Part shown: piece after piece, positions 59,837 through 64,000 of the stretch
Layout: each line of letters opens with the position of its first letter
Numbering within the stretch: the first letter of the stretch is position 1
From: Candidatus Eiseniibacteriota bacterium
GTDB taxonomy: Bacteria > Eisenbacteria > RBG-16-71-46 > CAZAMP01
Length of the DNA stretch: 64,000 bases
NCBI GenBank assembly: GCA_965224245.1
Contig: OZ245046.1
Location: 3,360,001 to 3,424,000 of the forward strand
Direction of reading: 5' to 3'
Notes under the pieces: generated by a model
What the model was told of the DNA's origin: nothing
Databases searched by the model: none
What the model saw: the letters and a program-made list of their open reading frames with translations, nothing else
Translations under genes and position numbers: made by a program

Positions 59837-59865
59837 ATTCTAGCCACGCGACACGGCCGGAACAA
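59837..59865 (-). promoter_or_regulatory. Sigma70-like promoter of the carD-like gene
   Basis: TTGTTC-17 nt-TAGAAT. Confidence 0.5.
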
Positions 59866-59947
59866 GCCACACGGCGCAGACTCCGGCCGCATACCGCCAA
59901 CACGATCACAACACATTGAAGGGTAGAGACTTACGGGAAACCCTGAC

Positions 59948-59976
59948 TTGACGGCCCCCGGCGCCGGTGATAGCGT
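59948..59976 (+). promoter_or_regulatory. Sigma70-like promoter of the TPR gene
   Basis: TTGACG-17 nt-TAGCGT with extended TG. Confidence 0.5.
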
Positions 59977-60019
59977 TTTCGACGATCCCGTGCAACGACA
60001 TCTTCCAAGGAGGCGGACC

Positions 60020-61498
60020 ATGCGAACTCCCGCAGCTCCCACCGACCGCGGCACGCGACTCGTCGTCGCCGCGCTCGCCGTCTTCGGATCCCTCGCCCTC
60101 GCGGTCGCGAGCAGCGCCCAGAACATGTCCTACACGACCAGCTCCCGGGATGCGCTGGCGCTGTTTCGGGCGGGTATCGAGCTCGACAACAACCTGTACC
60201 AGGAGGCCGCGGCCGAGCAGTTCGAGCGTGCCCTGGCCATCGATCCGCGATTCGCCATGGCCCACCTGTATTACGCCCTGGGGCGGGCCAACGACAGCTA
60301 CGCCGACTACCGGACCCACCTGGATCAGGCGATCGCGATGACGGGCGAGGTGACCGAGGGCGAGCGTCTGCTGATCTCGGCCCATCAGGCCCGGGACGAG
60401 AACCGGCCGGCCGACGCCGAACGCCTGTTCCGGCGGCTGCAGGCGCTCTACCCCGGCGACGTGCAGACGCACCTGCAGATCTCGCTCTCGTCGTTCGGCA
60501 CCGGCGACTACCACGCGGCCGCCGAGCAGCTCGAGGCGGCGATCCTCCTCGACGACGAGTTCCCGCCCGCGTACAACCAGCTCGGCTACTGCTATGCGTT
60601 CATGGGCAACTTCGACGCGGCGATCACGACGCTGAAGGCCTACGCCAGCCTGATCCCCGACGAGCCGAACCCGCACGACTCGCTGGGCGAGGTGTACCTG
60701 ATGGCCGGCCAGTTCGACGAGGCGATCGCGCGATACACGCGTGCGCTCGAGCTGGACCCCGCGTTCTACAGCTCGTATCTGGGCCGCGGGCACGCGTACC
60801 TCCTGATGGATCAGCGCGACCGCGCCCTCGTCGAGTATCGCAAGATGCGCGAGGTCGCCCCGACCGCGGGCGTCGCCCGCGACGCGCTTCGCTGGGAGGG
60901 GATCGCCCAGGCCTACTTCGACGACTTCGATCTCGCGGCCGCGACGCTCGAGGAGGTTCGCGGCGAGGCCCGATCCGCCGGTGAGATCATCTCGGCGGGG
61001 AACCGGGCGATCGACCTGGGCTGGCTGCACCTGGCCGCCGGCGGCCACGACGCGGCGATCGCGGCCATGGAGGACGGCTGGCAGTACGTCATGTCCTCGG
61101 GCGACCTCCCGGAGGTGGCCAAGAAGAACTACGCGCGACGCCACCACGTCGTGCACGGCATCGTTCTGGCCAGGAGCGGCGACACCGAGGGCGCCCACAG
61201 CGTGGCCGACCGACTCCATCGGCTCGTGGATCTGAGCGAGGACATCGCCGAGTGGGAGGACTTCAACTGGCTCATGGGCGAGATTCGCTTCGTCGAGGAG
61301 GACTACAAGAGCGCGCTCGCGCATCTGATCCACGCCCCGGCGGAGAACCCCCGCGTCATCTATCTGACCGGTCAGGCGTGCGACGCGCGCGGTCTTCGCG
61401 ACGAGGCTCAGCGACATCGCGAGCGGGTGGAGCAGTTCAACCGCATGAGCCTCTTGTACGCGATGACGCTCCGGGACATGCGTCACCCGACGAACTGA
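60020..61498 (+). CDS. Exported TPR-repeat protein
   Basis: Signal peptide; TTSSRDAL…ALAIDPRFAMAH; AYNQLGY; NPHDSLGEVY; AAGGAGG RBS. Confidence 0.85.
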   Translation: MRTPAAPTDRGTRLVVAALAVFGSLALAVASSAQNMSYTTSSRDALALFRAGIELDNNLYQEAAAEQFERALAIDPRFAMAHLYYALGRANDSYADYRTHLDQAIAMTGEVTEGERLLISAHQARDENRPADAERLFRRLQALYPGDVQTHLQISLSSFGTGDYHAAAEQLEAAILLDDEFPPAYNQLGYCYAFMGNFDAAITTLKAYASLIPDEPNPHDSLGEVYLMAGQFDEAIARYTRALELDPAFYSSYLGRGHAYLLMDQRDRALVEYRKMREVAPTAGVARDALRWEGIAQAYFDDFDLAAATLEEVRGEARSAGEIISAGNRAIDLGWLHLAAGGHDAAIAAMEDGWQYVMSSGDLPEVAKKNYARRHHVVHGIVLARSGDTEGAHSVADRLHRLVDLSEDIAEWEDFNWLMGEIRFVEEDYKSALAHLIHAPAENPRVIYLTGQACDARGLRDEAQRHRERVEQFNRMSLLYAMTLRDMRHPTN

Positions 61499-61517
61499 CG
61501 GCGAGGCGGGAGACGAG

Positions 61518-62156
61518 TTGACGACCTCCGGTGCGCAGCTGAGCTTCCGGCTCGGCGGTCGAGGGTCGACGCGGCCCGCGTCGTCGCTCGACCGCGAGCC
61601 GGACGAACGACTCGAGCCCGAGCCGTTCGTGCTCACCTCGGCGCTCAGGCGCCACCGCCGGCGGCGCGACGTCGAGGCGAAGATCCGCTACTGCCTGAAC
61701 TTCTTTCCCGAGCTGCGCGAGCGCCGGTTCGGGGTCGGCGTCACGCGGCAGGCGCAGGGTCTGGCGAGCCTCGACGACTTCGCGATCTGGCTCAACCCAC
61801 ACCGCCTCACGTTGCACACGATCGCGCACGAGCTCACGCACTTGCTCCAGGCGGACGGCCGCGTGCCCGGAGGCGAGCGCTCGTGCGATCTCTTCGCGCT
61901 CGCACGACACCCGTCGTTGAACGACTCACGGCCCAACTACCTCGACATCCCGGACGACCTGTTCGACGAGCGCGGCTACTACACCCGGACCGGATGGCCG
62001 ACGGTTCTCTACGAGTCGGCGCGGCGCGCCATCGACGAGCGCGCGTCGGGACGACGCACGTACATCCGCTGGTTCGAGGTGCACGTCACGGCGCTCTCCG
62101 CCGCCGGCACCGTGGCGGGCCGATCACCGACTCCCCGCAGCACGCGGACGCCCTGA
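61518..62156 (+). CDS. Hypothetical HEXXH zincin-like protein
   Basis: TIAHELTHLLQ…GERSCDLFALAR. Confidence 0.65.
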   Translation: MTTSGAQLSFRLGGRGSTRPASSLDREPDERLEPEPFVLTSALRRHRRRRDVEAKIRYCLNFFPELRERRFGVGVTRQAQGLASLDDFAIWLNPHRLTLHTIAHELTHLLQADGRVPGGERSCDLFALARHPSLNDSRPNYLDIPDDLFDERGYYTRTGWPTVLYESARRAIDERASGRRTYIRWFEVHVTALSAAGTVAGRSPTPRSTRTP

Positions 62157-62402
62157 GCCCGGAGGGAGCGACGCGACGTCCCGCGGTCGGAACCTCGTTC
62201 ACCGGCAGCGTGTCGACCGATGGACGGTGATCGCCGAGCGTCGCGAGACGATCGCCACGTCGCCGGGATCCACGACACCCGACCCGTCGAGGTGGCGCAG
62301 AGGTCGCTCGTGCCGAGCGTCGACTCCACGTAGTCGTGATCCTTCAGCTCGCCGTGTGGGGCCTCGGGCAACACCCGCGTGCAGCCGGCGTTGCCCCGGG
62401 AG

Positions 62403-63449
62403 CTACGACACGTAGGTCACGTCGTCACCGAGAACGGCGGCGCAGGTCCTGTCGAACCTCGCGTCTCGCTCGCGTCGCGCCCGAACGCTCACGTGCGCGA
62501 GCACCGGGCGCGCGGCCCGTCGCCGGCGCCAGCCGAGGAGCCACCAGATCGGGATCAGCGAGTTGTGGAGCTCACCCATCGGATCGGGCGCGAGGGTCCG
62601 TACCTCCGCCGCGGGATCGACGAGAAGCCCGTGGCGCTCGGACTCCCGCAGCATCCACTGGAGTGCGATGTCGGAGAGACCGTTCTCCTCGTAGCCGCCC
62701 CCCACGTCCGAGTGGACCCCCGCGAACCATACCTGACGAAACCGGGGCTCGCCGGTCAGGGGACTGATCTCGTCCGCATTTCCGGGGCTCCACACGTTCG
62801 GCGGGAACTTCGTCCGTCGCTCGTGGATCGCGAGCGCGTGGCGTCCGTGCGACACCGCCTCCAGCCGTGCCGTGTACGGGAGGACCAGAGAGCGCCGAAA
62901 CAGCCCCACGGACTTCACCGTGTCCCAGACGCCCAGGAAGTGAATGCGCCCCTCGCCGCGCTCGGTGGGCCACTGTCGCGGAAAGTACTTGCGGAACCGT
63001 GCCGCCTTCTTCCAGGGGGGCTCGCCGTGCTCGCGGCTGCGATGAAGATGAATCGCGTAGTCCACGAGGTTGTCACAGTTGGGATCGAGCAGCCCGCACA
63101 TGAACACGAGCCCGGCCAGCGCGCGAACGGTGTAGGCGCCGCGGCTGAACCCGTAGAGAAAGATGCGATCCCCCTCCGCGTAGTTCCGCATCAGGAACGT
63201 GTAGGCTTCCCGGATGTTCGCGGTGAGTCCGTACGCGAAGGCCAGCCCCAGGAGCCGTGTGATGGCCTTGGCGGTGCGCGTCTGGACGCCCGCGGCGGGC
63301 AGGATGCCGAGCCCCGGGTCGTAGTACACGACCTGCCTCGCCGGGTCGCGCTTGTCCAGTCGCAGGTAGAGCTCGAGGACGTTGCTGATCGCGCCCTTCT
63401 TGACCTCGTTTCCCGTCCCGTCACAGCAGATCACGATGTTCTTGGGCAC
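62403..63449 (-). CDS. DUF2235 (Tle1-like alpha/beta hydrolase)
   Basis: IVICCDGTGN, YDPGLG, GFSRGAYTVR, GVWDTV, HALAIHERR, WFAGVHSDVGGG. Confidence 0.92.
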   Translation of the reverse strand: MPKNIVICCDGTGNEVKKGAISNVLELYLRLDKRDPARQVVYYDPGLGILPAAGVQTRTAKAITRLLGLAFAYGLTANIREAYTFLMRNYAEGDRIFLYGFSRGAYTVRALAGLVFMCGLLDPNCDNLVDYAIHLHRSREHGEPPWKKAARFRKYFPRQWPTERGEGRIHFLGVWDTVKSVGLFRRSLVLPYTARLEAVSHGRHALAIHERRTKFPPNVWSPGNADEISPLTGEPRFRQVWFAGVHSDVGGGYEENGLSDIALQWMLRESERHGLLVDPAAEVRTLAPDPMGELHNSLIPIWWLLGWRRRRAARPVLAHVSVRARRERDARFDRTCAAVLGDDVTYVS

Positions 63450-63704
63450 CGGCTCCTCCCTCCGCTCACGCGCGCCCCGAGGACTCGCCGCGTACGTGGC
63501 TCGTCCTCCTGGGCACGCCGATCGTAGTCGAGCGAGCCCACCGCGTCATCTGCGAGCCGGCCCCCGTCGGCTCCCGCACCCGTACTCTGGACAACACGAC
63601 GTCGACCCCTCTAGAGTAGCCACCCTCGAGGGCCCACGGCGACCGACGCGGCGCTCTCGCTTCACTCTCACGGCGTGCGCGCACGCTCGACAGGAGAACA
63701 CGGC

Positions 63705-64000
63705 GTGTGGACCAACGCCCTACGAGAGCACATCGACGCGATCCTCGCGAAGCCCGACAGCCGTGATGCGATCGTCGCGCGCGTCACCGAGCTGTTCGAT
63801 CGGGAAGGCGACCCGGCGGCGCCGGACGCCGTATCCGGGGTCGTGGACCAGCTGGAACGATACGTGACCGGAACGCCCGAGCTGCTCTTTGCCGCCGCGC
63901 ACGAGGCACGCGACTTCGAGATCCTCGATACGATCGAGCCGCTGCTCGCGCGGTGCGCCTCCTACTTCATCGAGGAGTCCGATCTCATCCCCGATCACCT
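63705..64000 (+). CDS. Hypothetical protein (3' partial), possibly DUF1232/YkvA-like
   Basis: AGGAG RBS + GTG; MWTNALREHIDAIL…ASYFIEESDLIPDH, open to the window end. Confidence 0.55.
   Translation, partial: MWTNALREHIDAILAKPDSRDAIVARVTELFDREGDPAAPDAVSGVVDQLERYVTGTPELLFAAAHEARDFEILDTIEPLLARCASYFIEESDLIPDH

Noticed and set aside
62403-63449. DUF2235 as a T6SS Tle1 effector
   Set aside because: No vgrG, PAAR or immunity lipoprotein is adjacent; stand-alone DUF2235 genes are common.

Overview
GC-rich, gene-dense bacterial chromosomal segment with about 50 CDSs and one tRNA. I saw no rRNA, CRISPR array, transposase, integrase or prophage. Five secreted proteins carry a C-terminal FlgD-Ig/T9SS-CTD-like domain, and two end in a short 'PV-x3-SW-x-T-[IL]K-x2-Y' tail. 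This suggests an FCB-related lineage such as Ca. Eisenbacteria or Krumholzibacteriota; that assignment is inference only. The housekeeping and metabolic genes are hisS, tRNA-His, an RppH-like Nudix hydrolase, ATP-dependent DNA ligase, eukaryote-type citrate synthase, LKR-like and ALDH7-like lysine-catabolism enzymes, MocR-pdxS-pdxT, YhbY, a CarD-like protein and an ECF sigma/anti-sigma/DUF4252 operon. The most striking signal is at hisS, whose last codons and stop codon lie inside its own substrate gene, tRNA-His(GUG). That tRNA lacks the encoded G-1 and has U73 instead of the canonical C73. Other highlights are: an operon encoding a degenerate M6 protease with CTD, a peptidase-propeller-Omp85 fusion and a BamB-like propeller; a stand-alone YopT-like cysteine protease beside the tRNA; a CarD lacking the wedge Trp; an unannotated 54-aa ORF; and an orphan promoter. 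All family calls come from motif recognition by eye, with no searches run. Start codons were refined from RBS and overlap evidence and remain approximate.
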